Origin: Candidatus Nanopelagicales bacterium
Lineage (GTDB): Bacteria; Actinomycetota; Actinomycetes; S36-B12; GCA-2699445
Direction of reading: 5' to 3'
Length of the DNA: 64,000 nt
NCBI GenBank assembly: GCA_046330625.1
Contig: JAXLSJ010000008.1
Coordinates: 18,465 to 82,464 of the forward strand
Shown in pieces: positions 41,292 through 49,513 of the stretch. The position numbers and the translations under genes were made by a program. The notes under the pieces are model-generated. The model saw only the letters and a list, made by a program, of their open reading frames with translations. It was not told where the DNA came from and did not search any database. Numbering within the stretch: the stretch's first letter is position 1; each line of letters begins with the position of its first letter.

Positions 41292-41746
41292 TGCGGCTCA
41301 CGGGTCGAGTGGACTTCGCCATCCGCGTGACCCTCGAGATTGCCGCCCACGAGGGTCGCACCGTGAGTCTGCGCGAGGCGGCCGAGGCCCAGGACCTGCC
41401 CACGGACTACGTGCGTGCCCTGATGCGGGATCTGCGGCGGGTCGGGATCGTCCGCAGCCGACGAGGGTACGAGGGCGGATACACCCTGGGACCCCGACCG
41501 GATCAGGTGTCGCTCGCGGACATCCTCCGCGCGATCGGGGAGCCCCTGGGTGGGGACGACGGCGCCGCCGGCCACCAGTACCCCGGCGTGGCCGCCCCGC
41601 TTGCCGACGTGTGGGCCGAGCTGGACGGACTGCAGGGTCGGCTGCTGGAGTCGGTCACCCTGGCGGACGTCCTGGCGGCGCGGGCCACCGACCGCGGGTT
41701 GAGTAGGCGCGCCAGCGCCCTATCGAAACCCCCGCGGGTTGAGTAG
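41291..41746 (+). CDS. Rrf2 family transcriptional regulator (no cysteines), C-terminus encoded by B repeats
   Basis: Tail of track ORF 40808..41746. ATG 41291 overlaps the upstream stop (TGATG). Sequence MRLTGRVDFAIRVTLEIAAHEG...GIVRSRRGYEGGYTLGP...SLADILRAIGEPL. The last ~20 aa (DRGLSRRASALSKPPRVE) are translated B units. Confidence 0.85.
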   Translation: MRLTGRVDFAIRVTLEIAAHEGRTVSLREAAEAQDLPTDYVRALMRDLRRVGIVRSRRGYEGGYTLGPRPDQVSLADILRAIGEPLGGDDGAAGHQYPGVAAPLADVWAELDGLQGRLLESVTLADVLAARATDRGLSRRASALSKPPRVE

Positions 41747-42191
41747 GCGCGCCAGCGCCCTATCGAAACTGCGGCTCCTATCGGCCACGCCCGCTGCGCC
41801 CGGGATCGGTTGCGTGGGTACGTGTGGGTTGCCCGGTGGTCGAGCGGAGCCGAGACCCCGGACACGCGCATGGAGATGCGGTAATGGCTCCTGTCGGTGG
41901 CCGGGGCTTCTGAGGCGCGCTTGAGAGTGTCGTAATGGGCGCCGGGGAGTGCCCCATTACGTCACTCTGGAGCGCGGTCCGGACCGGCGGCTCCCAGACC
42001 GCCGCCCTAACGGCATGAACGGGTGCGTCTTCGGTCTCGGCTTGGCTCGACCAGGGGGGGTGTCGATACGGCGCTGTCGGGCCTACTCAACCCGCGGTGG
42101 GTGAGGGTTTCGATACGGCGCTGGCGCGCCTACTCAACCCGCGGTGGGTGGGGGTTTCGATACGGCGCTGCCGCGCCTACTCAACCCACGG
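41692..42191. repeat. Repeat island 3: B forward x2, A forward, an AT-richer hairpin core, A reverse, B reverse x3
   Basis: B forward units are at 41692-41730 and 41732-41769, and A forward at 41835-41857. The core hairpin is at 41924-41968 (agagtgtcgtaatgggc ... gccccattacgtcactct). A 12-nt palindrome cggtccggaccg lies around 41977-41988. A reverse is at 42033-42055. B reverse units are at 42061-42097, 42106-42144 and 42153-42191. Confidence 0.85.
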
Positions 42192-42199
42192 GGCTCGGA

Positions 42200-43105
42200 T
42201 CAGGCGGGGGTCGACACGACGTCGGGGGAGACGGCGACCGGAGCCACGACCCGTTCCCGACGGTGCGCCCGGATCCCGATCACCGCACCAGCCGCGACCA
42301 GGGCGGCGACACCGAACGCCGCAGCCAGGCCCGGGACCCCCAGGAGCTTGGCGAAGATCGCCCAGTTCGAGATCAGCACCATCGTGCCGACGAAGACACC
42401 GAGGATCATGCGCGGCGCCCGGTGCGCCAGACGTGCGGCGATCGGGGCGGTGATCGCGCCGCCGGCGATCAGGCCGATGACGGCCAGCCAGGGGATGCCC
42501 GACTCGCCGGCCCCGACGAGGAACCCCATCGACGCGGAGACCGCCACGATGAACTCGGCGGTGTTCACGGTGCCGACCACCCGGTGCGGCTCGTGCTTGG
42601 TCAGGGTCATGAGCGAGGGGGTGGCCACCGGGCCCCAACCGCCGCCGCCGGTCGCGTCGACGAACCCGCCGATGAGGCCCACCGGCCACAGGTGCCGGGT
42701 GCGGGCGTTGATCGCGGGGATCAGGTTCTTCCCGAACCCGAAGCGCAGGATGATGATCACGCCCATCAGCGCCAGGATCAGTGCCATCCACACCCGGGCC
42801 CCGTCCATCGCGATGTTGGTCAGGACGACTGCTCCGAGGAACGCGCCCACCGCGCCTGGGACGGCGATCACCAGAAGCACCCGCTTGTCGACGTTGCCCG
42901 CATGCCAGTGCGAGATGCCCGACACGAACGTCGTGCCCACCTTGGCTGCGTGGGTGCCGGCGGAGGCCGCAACGGCCGAGTAGCCCAGCAGCGTGAGCAG
43001 GGTGGCCGAGGTGATCCCGAAGCCCATCCCCAGAAGTCCGTCGACGAACTGCGCCGCAGCGCCGACGAGGCCGAATGCGGCAATGGTCACGAGGTCCACG
43101 AACAC
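42200..43105 (-). CDS. Sulfite exporter TauE/SafE family protein
   Basis: Track ORF. It is a polytopic membrane protein with QFVDGLLGMGFGITSATLL and GGFVDATGGGGWGPV. Confidence 0.88.
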   Translation of the reverse strand: MFVDLVTIAAFGLVGAAAQFVDGLLGMGFGITSATLLTLLGYSAVAASAGTHAAKVGTTFVSGISHWHAGNVDKRVLLVIAVPGAVGAFLGAVVLTNIAMDGARVWMALILALMGVIIILRFGFGKNLIPAINARTRHLWPVGLIGGFVDATGGGGWGPVATPSLMTLTKHEPHRVVGTVNTAEFIVAVSASMGFLVGAGESGIPWLAVIGLIAGGAITAPIAARLAHRAPRMILGVFVGTMVLISNWAIFAKLLGVPGLAAAFGVAALVAAGAVIGIRAHRRERVVAPVAVSPDVVSTPA

Positions 43106-43215
43106 TCCTTCGTCCCGGCGGCGGTGACGCCGTCCCTATCAAAGCACTAATACAACATTGTTCATGCTATTTGGGCGGGTGACGCCCCGCAACCCATCGG
43201 GAGGACAATGTCGGC

Positions 43216-43842
43216 ATGACCTCCGTCACCCTCGTCCGGCGCCCCAGCCCCGAGGACCCGCCGGTCGGGACCTGGGCCGTGCTCGGGATGGGCGATCACG
43301 GGACCGCGATCCGCGACGCGCTCGCCGGGTCCGGTGTCGACGTGCTGGCCTTCGACTCCCGACCCGGGACCGACGCCGGTGTGTTGTGGGGGCACCACGT
43401 GATCGCCATCGAGGAGATCGACGACATCGACGCCCTCGCCATCACCAGCGTCGACCTGGCCGAACGGGTGCTCGTGACCGACTACGTCACCGGCGTCGTC
43501 GTGAGTGTCGGGGCCTACCGTGACTGGCCGTTCCTCGACCCCGAGACCCTCAACGTCGTGACCGACACCCCGGTGCTCGCGCACCGCATGTTCACCCCGC
43601 GCCACCCCGCCATCGTCGTGTCCGGTCCCGACGCCGCCCCCGCGCTCGAGCGCCAGGCGCAGGTGGTCGCCCGCTACGCCGTCACCTTGCGCGTCGACCC
43701 GCGGGCCGCGCTGACCTTCCACCGACGCGTGTGCGCCCGACTGCTCCCGGGATGGCCGCGTGCCGATCACGACCCGGCCGCCGGACAGGACTACGACGCG
43801 GTCCTCGCCGCCGATCTGGCCGTCCTGGACGGTGGCAGGTGA
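43216..43842 (+). CDS. Hypothetical protein (possible degenerate Rossmann-like N-terminus)
   Basis: Track ORF. SD gggagga lies upstream. The antisense ORF 43162..43770 has junk-like composition. No family recognised. Confidence 0.55.
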   Translation: MTSVTLVRRPSPEDPPVGTWAVLGMGDHGTAIRDALAGSGVDVLAFDSRPGTDAGVLWGHHVIAIEEIDDIDALAITSVDLAERVLVTDYVTGVVVSVGAYRDWPFLDPETLNVVTDTPVLAHRMFTPRHPAIVVSGPDAAPALERQAQVVARYAVTLRVDPRAALTFHRRVCARLLPGWPRADHDPAAGQDYDAVLAADLAVLDGGR

Positions 43843-44138
43843 CCGACGATCGGGCCCGGGTCCGGGCGATCCTCGCCGCTCTGGCCGCTGCTGCCCCAGG
43901 GCGCAGCGTCGAGTTGCGGGTGCCGCCCTTCGGCGCCGTTCAGATCATCGAGGGACCGGCGCACCGCCGCGGCACCCCCAAGGCCACCGTCGAGATGTCG
44001 CCCGCGACCTTGACCGACCTCGCCCGCGGGACGCTCACGTGGACCGACGCCGTCGCGTCGGGGGCGGTACTGGCGAGTGGTGAACGCACCGATCTCGGAC
44101 ACCTGTTCCCGCTGCCCGCCGATACAGTCGGGACGTGA
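43839..44138 (+). CDS. Sterol carrier (SCP-like) family protein
   Basis: Tail of track ORF 43731..44138. GTG 43839 overlaps the upstream stop (GTGA). Pattern SVELRVPPFGAVQIIEGPAHRRGTPKATVEM...LTWTDAVASGAVLASGERTDL. Confidence 0.7.
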   Translation: MTDDRARVRAILAALAAAAPGRSVELRVPPFGAVQIIEGPAHRRGTPKATVEMSPATLTDLARGTLTWTDAVASGAVLASGERTDLGHLFPLPADTVGT

Positions 44139-45163
44139 CCCGCTACGGCTCCCAGTTCGGCCCCGATCTGACCTTCCTCGGCGTCCCCGCCTGTACGTGG
44201 GACGAACCCGAGACCTATGCCGGCGCCGACGTCGTCATCGTCGGCGCCCCCTTCGACGGGGGCACGAGCTACCGCAGCGGCGCCCGGTTCGGACCGCAGG
44301 CGATGCGGTCGACCTGCTACCTGCCCCACGACGGTTCGCGGCCGTCGCTGGCGCTGCGGGTCGACGGCCTGTCCGGCGATCTGGACGTCCGCGACGCCGG
44401 CGACGTCGAGATGTTCAGTGGCGACGCGGCCCGGTCCTGCGCCTCGCTCGAGGAGGCCATCGGGACCATCGCGGCGACCGGGGCGATCCCCCTGGTGCTC
44501 GGCGGCGATCACACGGTCACCTGGCCCGGCGCGACCGGGGTCGCCCGGGCCCGCGGCTGGGGCAAGGTGTCGGTGATCCACTTCGACGCGCACGCCGACA
44601 CCGGCGACATCGAGTTCGGGTCGTTGATCGGGCACGGCCAGCCCATGCGCCGACTCATCGAGTCGGGAGCGGTGCGCGGCGACCGGTTCCTGCAGGTGGG
44701 ACTGCGCGGCTACTGGCCCGGCCCCGAGACGCTGGACTGGATGGCGGACCAGGGCATGCGGTCCTTCGAGATGACCGAGGTCGTCCACCGGGGCCTCGAC
44801 GACGTCATGGCCGACGCGTTCCGGATCGCGACCGACGACTGCGACGGCGTCTACCTGAGCGTCGACATCGACGTCTGCGACCCGGGTCACGCCCCGGGCA
44901 CCGGCACACCGGAGCCCGGAGGGCTGTCGGCCCGACAACTGCTCGATCAGGTGCGCAGCATCTGCTACCACCTGCCTGTGGTCGGGGTCGACGTCGTCGA
45001 GGTGGCCCCGCCCTTCGACCACGCCGACATCACCGTGCTGCTCGGCAACCGGGTCGTTCTCGAGGCGTTGAGCGCGATCGCGCGGCGCCGCAAGGACGAC
45101 CGCGACGGCACCACGTGGGACCCGGGAAGGCCGCTGCTCGACGGCAGGGGAGCGTCCGAGTGA
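44135..45163 (+). CDS. Agmatinase / ureohydrolase (arginase) family protein
   Basis: Track ORF. Mn-binding motifs GGDHTVTWP, HFDAHADTG and SVDIDVCDPGHAPGTGTPEPGG. GTGA overlap at the start. Confidence 0.9.
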   Translation: MTRYGSQFGPDLTFLGVPACTWDEPETYAGADVVIVGAPFDGGTSYRSGARFGPQAMRSTCYLPHDGSRPSLALRVDGLSGDLDVRDAGDVEMFSGDAARSCASLEEAIGTIAATGAIPLVLGGDHTVTWPGATGVARARGWGKVSVIHFDAHADTGDIEFGSLIGHGQPMRRLIESGAVRGDRFLQVGLRGYWPGPETLDWMADQGMRSFEMTEVVHRGLDDVMADAFRIATDDCDGVYLSVDIDVCDPGHAPGTGTPEPGGLSARQLLDQVRSICYHLPVVGVDVVEVAPPFDHADITVLLGNRVVLEALSAIARRRKDDRDGTTWDPGRPLLDGRGASE

Positions 45164-45179
45164 CCTGCGGCTCAGGTCA
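45161..45179. terminator. Short hairpin TGACCTG-cggct-CAGGTCA whose arms contain the stop codons of both convergent genes
   Basis: Perfect 7-bp stem with a 5-nt loop. TGA 45161-45163 is the agmatinase stop, and tca 45177-45179 is the complement of the lipoprotein stop. There is no U-tract, so function is uncertain. Confidence 0.25.
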
Positions 45180-45707
45180 CTCGGCGGCGTTGGCCGCCAC
45201 CAGACGCGAGACCTGCGCCACCTTGCCGGCACTCGCGCCCGGCACCAGGACCGTGACCTCGACGTACGACCCGTCGACGATCATCGCCGTGCGGCCCAGC
45301 GCCGGGAGCACGTAGGCGCCGTCGGTCCCCTTCATCGCCACGGGCGTGACCGCCCCCAGGTTCCGCTCGGCGTTCTGCAACGAGTTCTGGAACGTCGAGC
45401 GCGCGTGGCCGTCGATCTCCTTGGTGAGCACCAGGGCCTCTTGGCTGGTCGCCGTCCACTGGCACTCGACGGCGCCTTCGTCGGACTCCGGGTTCACGGT
45501 CGGCAGCGGCAGGAAACTCGTGCCGGTGATGCTCGTCAGACGTTTGGCGTCGAGCAGCGAGCAGGCGCTCGCGGGATCGAGACTCGGGCGCACGACGTCG
45601 GCGGACTGCTGCCCGGCCGCATCCCGGGCGGAGACGCACCCCGTCAACGACGCCGCGAGCAGGGGCAGTCCCACGAGGGTTGCCGTCAGTGAGGGTCGCA
45701 CCTGCAC
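45177..45707 (-). CDS. Lipoprotein (DUF3558-like)
   Basis: Track ORF. Signal peptide plus lipobox LLAASLTGCVS, and conserved Cys pair spacing. Confidence 0.7.
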   Translation of the reverse strand: MQVRPSLTATLVGLPLLAASLTGCVSARDAAGQQSADVVRPSLDPASACSLLDAKRLTSITGTSFLPLPTVNPESDEGAVECQWTATSQEALVLTKEIDGHARSTFQNSLQNAERNLGAVTPVAMKGTDGAYVLPALGRTAMIVDGSYVEVTVLVPGASAGKVAQVSRLVAANAAE

Positions 45708-45786
45708 AGGGTAAGCGCACCGATGTGCTCCCGGTCACCGAGTTTCGCTGTTCCGTGCGTTCCGTGACCACCCCTACACTGATCGG

Positions 45787-47355
45787 GTGGGGCGCGGAGA
45801 CGGACTGCTGAATCACGACTTGCCCGGCGACGACAAGGGCCCGAAGGACGCGTGCGGCGTTTTCGGGGTGTGGGCCCCCGGAGAAGCGGTCGCCCAACTC
45901 ACCTACTTCGGGCTGTACGCGCTGCAGCACCGGGGCCAGGAGTCGGCGGGGATGGCCGTCAGCGACGGATCCCACGTCGTGGTCTACAAGGACATGGGCC
46001 TGGTCTCCCAGGTCTTCAACGAGTCGGCGCTGGAGAGCCTGCACGGGCACCTGGCCGTCGGACACTGCCGCTACTCCACCACCGGGGCCAGTGTGTGGGA
46101 GAACGCCCAACCCACCTTCCGCCCCACGGCCAACGGCATGCTGGCGCTGGCCCACAACGGCAACCTGACCAACACCCACGAGATGGCCGAGCGGGTCGCG
46201 GCCCAGGCCGCGGAGTCGGGCGAACTACCCCTCAGCGACGCCGCCGTCGCGACATCGGACACCGATCTCGTCGCCGCGCTCCTGGCCGCCCATCCCAGCG
46301 AAGGCCTCGAGGCGGCAGCGCTCGCCGAGCTCCCCCGGGTCGAAGGGGCGTTCTCGTTCGTCTTCATGGACGAGCACACCCTGTACGCGGCTCGCGATCC
46401 CCACGGGATCCGGCCGTTGGTGCTGGGCCGACTCGAGCGGGGCTGGGTCGTGGCCAGCGAGACCGCCGCGCTCGACATCGTGGGCGCGACCTTCGTGCGC
46501 GAGATCGAGCCCGGCGAGTTGGTGGTCATCGACGCCGCGGGGCTGCGGTCCACCCGGTTCGCGCCGGAGAAACCCCACGGCTGCCTCTTCGAGTACGTCT
46601 ACCTGGCGCGCCCGGACACCACGATCCGCAGCCGCAGCGTCGAGGCCGTGAGGACCCAGATCGGGCGTCGGCTGGCCGCCGAAGCGCCGGTCGACGCCGA
46701 CCTCGTGATCCCGGTGCCCGAGTCCGGACGATACGCGGCCATCGGCTACGCCCAGGCGTCGGGGATCCCGTTCGGCGAGGGTCTGGTCAAGAACGCTTAC
46801 GTCGGTCGGACGTTCATCCAACCGTCGCAGTCGATCCGGCAACTGGGCATCCGGCTGAAGCTCAATCCGCTGCGTGGGGTCATCGAGGGCAAGCGTCTGG
46901 TGGTCGTCGACGACTCGATCGTGCGCGGCAACACCCAACGGGCGCTGGTCCGCATGCTGCGCGAGGCCGGTGCCCGCGAGGTCCACGTGCGGATCTCCAG
47001 TCCCCCCGTCAAGTGGCCCTGCTTCTACGGCATCGACTTCGCCACCCGCGCCGAACTCATCGCCAACGGGTTGTCGATCGAGCAGATCCGGGACTCGATC
47101 GGAGCCGACTCCCTGGCCTATGTGTCGCTGGACGGCCTCACCGAATCCACCGAGTTGCCGGCGGGCGAGTTGTGCCGGGCCTGTTTCGACGGTCGTTACC
47201 CGGTGCCCCTGCCCGAGCCGCAGCGGCTCGGCAAGGACCTGCTCGAGGTGTGGGGAGTCGACGAGCTCGCCTCCTCCGTGCCCCGCGCCACCGACCCGGG
47301 CGAGGCAGCCGATCCTGTGCCGGCGCCGGGAGTGCGCACCGGGGCGCCCCGATGA
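45787..47355 (+). CDS. purF: Amidophosphoribosyltransferase
   Basis: Track ORF. Ntn catalytic Cys in ACGVFGVW, and a PRPP loop VVVDDSIVRGNT. Confidence 0.95.
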   Translation: MGRGDGLLNHDLPGDDKGPKDACGVFGVWAPGEAVAQLTYFGLYALQHRGQESAGMAVSDGSHVVVYKDMGLVSQVFNESALESLHGHLAVGHCRYSTTGASVWENAQPTFRPTANGMLALAHNGNLTNTHEMAERVAAQAAESGELPLSDAAVATSDTDLVAALLAAHPSEGLEAAALAELPRVEGAFSFVFMDEHTLYAARDPHGIRPLVLGRLERGWVVASETAALDIVGATFVREIEPGELVVIDAAGLRSTRFAPEKPHGCLFEYVYLARPDTTIRSRSVEAVRTQIGRRLAAEAPVDADLVIPVPESGRYAAIGYAQASGIPFGEGLVKNAYVGRTFIQPSQSIRQLGIRLKLNPLRGVIEGKRLVVVDDSIVRGNTQRALVRMLREAGAREVHVRISSPPVKWPCFYGIDFATRAELIANGLSIEQIRDSIGADSLAYVSLDGLTESTELPAGELCRACFDGRYPVPLPEPQRLGKDLLEVWGVDELASSVPRATDPGEAADPVPAPGVRTGAPR

Positions 47356-48446
47356 CCGACGGACCGTCGTCGTACGCCGAGTCCGGGGTCGACGTCGCCG
47401 CCGGGGAGCGGGCCGTCGACCTCATGCGCGCCAGCGTGGCTGCCGCGCAGCGGCCCGAGGTCGTGGGCGGGCTGGGAGGCTTCGCCGGCCTGTTCGACGC
47501 CTCGGCTCTGCGGGGTTATCGACGGCCCCTGCTGGCCACGGCCACCGACGGGGTCGGCACCAAGATCGCCGTCGCGCGGGCTCTCGGGATCCACGACACC
47601 ATCGGGCGTGACCTGGTGGCGATGGTGGTCGACGACCTCGTGGTGACCGGAGCCGAACCGCTGTTCCTCACCGACTACATCGCGTGCGGGCAGGTCGACC
47701 CCGAACGTATCGCCACCATCGTCGGCGGCATCGCAGCCGGCTGCGCCGAAGCGGGGTGCGCCCTGCTGGGTGGCGAGACCGCAGAACATCCGGGCCTCAT
47801 GGCCCCCGACGAGTACGACCTGGCGGCAGCAGGGACGGCCGTCGTCGAGGCCGATCAGATGCTGGGCCCCGACCGCGTGCAGGCCGGTGACGTGGTCATC
47901 GGACTCGCCTCGTCGGGCCTGCACTCCAACGGCTACTCATTGGCCCGCGCCGTGCTCATGGGTGACGACCCCTCCCGGCTGGAGGTCACGGTCCCCGAAC
48001 TCGGCCGCACCGTCGGCGAGGAACTGCTCGAACCGACCCGGATCTACACCACCGTCTGTCTGGACATGATCCGCACCGTCGGCGGGATCCATGCCCTGTC
48101 CCACATCACCGGCGGCGGGCTCGCGGCGAACCTGGCCCGCGTGCTGCCGCAGGGGATGACGGCGCACCTCGACCGGGGGACCTGGACCCCGGCGCCCATC
48201 TTCGATCTCCTCGCCCGGACCGGCGACATCGCCCGCGCCGAGATGGAGGTGGCCTTCAACATGGGGATCGGGATGGTGACCATCGCCGATCCACGCGTGC
48301 TGGCCACGCTCTTCACCCGCTACGCCGGGTGGGGTCTGACCGTGCTGGGCCAGGTGCGGGTCACCGAGGCTTCCGACATCTCGTCGGCCGCGCCGAAGGG
48401 TGGTTCCGGGGGAGTCGTGGTGCTGACCGGCGACCACCCGAACTGA
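47352..48446 (+). CDS. purM: Phosphoribosylformylglycinamidine cyclo-ligase (AIR synthase)
   Basis: Tail of track ORF 45852..48446. ATG 47352 overlaps the purF stop (ATGA). Motifs GLGGFAGLF and DGVGTK. Confidence 0.95.
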   Translation: MTDGPSSYAESGVDVAAGERAVDLMRASVAAAQRPEVVGGLGGFAGLFDASALRGYRRPLLATATDGVGTKIAVARALGIHDTIGRDLVAMVVDDLVVTGAEPLFLTDYIACGQVDPERIATIVGGIAAGCAEAGCALLGGETAEHPGLMAPDEYDLAAAGTAVVEADQMLGPDRVQAGDVVIGLASSGLHSNGYSLARAVLMGDDPSRLEVTVPELGRTVGEELLEPTRIYTTVCLDMIRTVGGIHALSHITGGGLAANLARVLPQGMTAHLDRGTWTPAPIFDLLARTGDIARAEMEVAFNMGIGMVTIADPRVLATLFTRYAGWGLTVLGQVRVTEASDISSAAPKGGSGGVVVLTGDHPN

Positions 48447-48526
48447 TCGACGGTTCCGCGGTCGGGTCCGGCCGGGGTCCCTCGTGAGCACGCCGGCCCG
48501 ATCGTTCCGGCTCGACGACCCGGTCG

Positions 48527-48736
48527 TCAGCGGGTGTCGTCGTCCTCGTCGTAGTCGTCCTGATACTTCGCGTACGGATCGTAGGGGTCGTCGTCGACCT
48601 CGGCTTCCGGGGTCTCGGGGATGTCCTCGTCGCCCTTCAGTTCGGCCTCAAGCGCCGACAGGTCGGTGTCCGGCCCGCTGTACTTGAGTCGACGGGCAAC
48701 CTTCGTCTGCTTAGCCTTGGCACGGCCGCGCCCCAT
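48527..48736 (-). CDS. DUF3073 family small conserved actinobacterial protein
   Basis: Tail of track ORF 48527..49483, from ATG 48736. Sequence MGRGRAKAKQTKVARRLKYSGPDTDL... with an acidic C-terminus. Confidence 0.85.
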   Translation of the reverse strand: MGRGRAKAKQTKVARRLKYSGPDTDLSALEAELKGDEDIPETPEAEVDDDPYDPYAKYQDDYDEDDDTR

Positions 48737-49072
48737 GCTCGACCCCCTCGCCCGGTGGTCGGGGGTCGTTCGCACGACCCACCTCATGCTGATGAATCCT
48801 CCACACCTTACCCCGGATGCACCGTCACTTTCGCGACTGCGCGACGCTCGCGGTCCCTGCGTCGGCGTCCGCGGGGCGCCTCCGTCCCGGCCCGATGCAC
48901 CCCGGCCAACGCCACGCCGACGGAGGTCCCACGAGGAATCCCGGAAATGGTGTAGCCGATTTGTGACAATCGGTTGCCGCCCGGTGTGACGTGTGCAACA
49001 TTCATCGCACACGGCAGGCGGGTCCGTCGGACTCGGGGAGAGCCGGACCGGCGGCATGAGTGAGGAGCCATC

Positions 49073-49459
49073 ATGGCTGGACGACCCATTGACGGAGATG
49101 AGTTGCTCACCCCGTCCGAGGTTGCGGCGCTGTTCCGCGTCGACCCGAAGACCGTCACCCGCTGGGCCAAGGCCGGCAAACTGACCTCGATCCGCACCCT
49201 GGGTGGCCACCGCCGCTACCGGGCCGGTGAGGTGTACTCGCTGCTCGACCGGACCCCCGGCATGCGCACGGACGTCCCCCGCGAGGTCATCGACAGCACA
49301 CCCCGTCCCCCGGCTGGCGCCCCACGCCCGGTCCCGGTCCGTCCCACCGTCGCCCGTCCCGGCGTCCCCCGCCAAGCCGGCCAGCCGGCGCAGCCGCCGG
49401 CCCGTCCGCCGGCACGTACCATCAACCTCGCTGGTTCGCGCGACGCCAGCCGCCGCTGA
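49073..49459 (+). CDS. bldC: BldC-family (MerR-like, excisionase-type HTH) transcriptional regulator
   Basis: Track ORF. Sequence LLTPSEVAALFRVDPKTVTRWAKAGKLTSIRTLGGHRRY followed by a Pro-rich tail. Confidence 0.88.
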   Translation: MAGRPIDGDELLTPSEVAALFRVDPKTVTRWAKAGKLTSIRTLGGHRRYRAGEVYSLLDRTPGMRTDVPREVIDSTPRPPAGAPRPVPVRPTVARPGVPRQAGQPAQPPARPPARTINLAGSRDASRR

Positions 49460-49487
49460 GACCTCGCCGACCCCACCCCACACCGGT

Positions 49488-49510
49488 GGTCTCGGCTTTG
49501 CTCGACCATC
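49488..49510 (-). repeat. Single reverse A unit between convergent bldC and the hydrolase gene
   Basis: Sequence ggtctcggctttgctcgaccatc. Confidence 0.75.
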
Positions 49511-49513
49511 GCG

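Noticed and set aside
42023-43150. 375-aa plus-strand ORF and other ORFs overlapping the TauE gene
   Set aside because: They are antisense to a clear TauE/SafE membrane protein, and their 5' part is translated B/A repeats.
45707-45787. Purine/ZTP-type riboswitch or PurR-box upstream of purF, purA, purS and purL
   Set aside because: I could see none of the conserved cores, such as the ZTP GGGTCGTGAC...CCGCCTGGGC or the purine-riboswitch junction. The leaders are short. This needs an Rfam scan to be definitive.
45852-47351. First 500 codons of the 864-aa ORF 45852..48446
   Set aside because: This part is out of frame over purF and has junk composition. Only the part from ATG 47352 is purM.
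48737-49072. Possible promoter TTGCCG-N16-CAACAT and a structured leader in the DUF3073/bldC divergent region
   Set aside because: The hexamers match the consensus only weakly and several alternatives exist. They are not supportable without TSS data.
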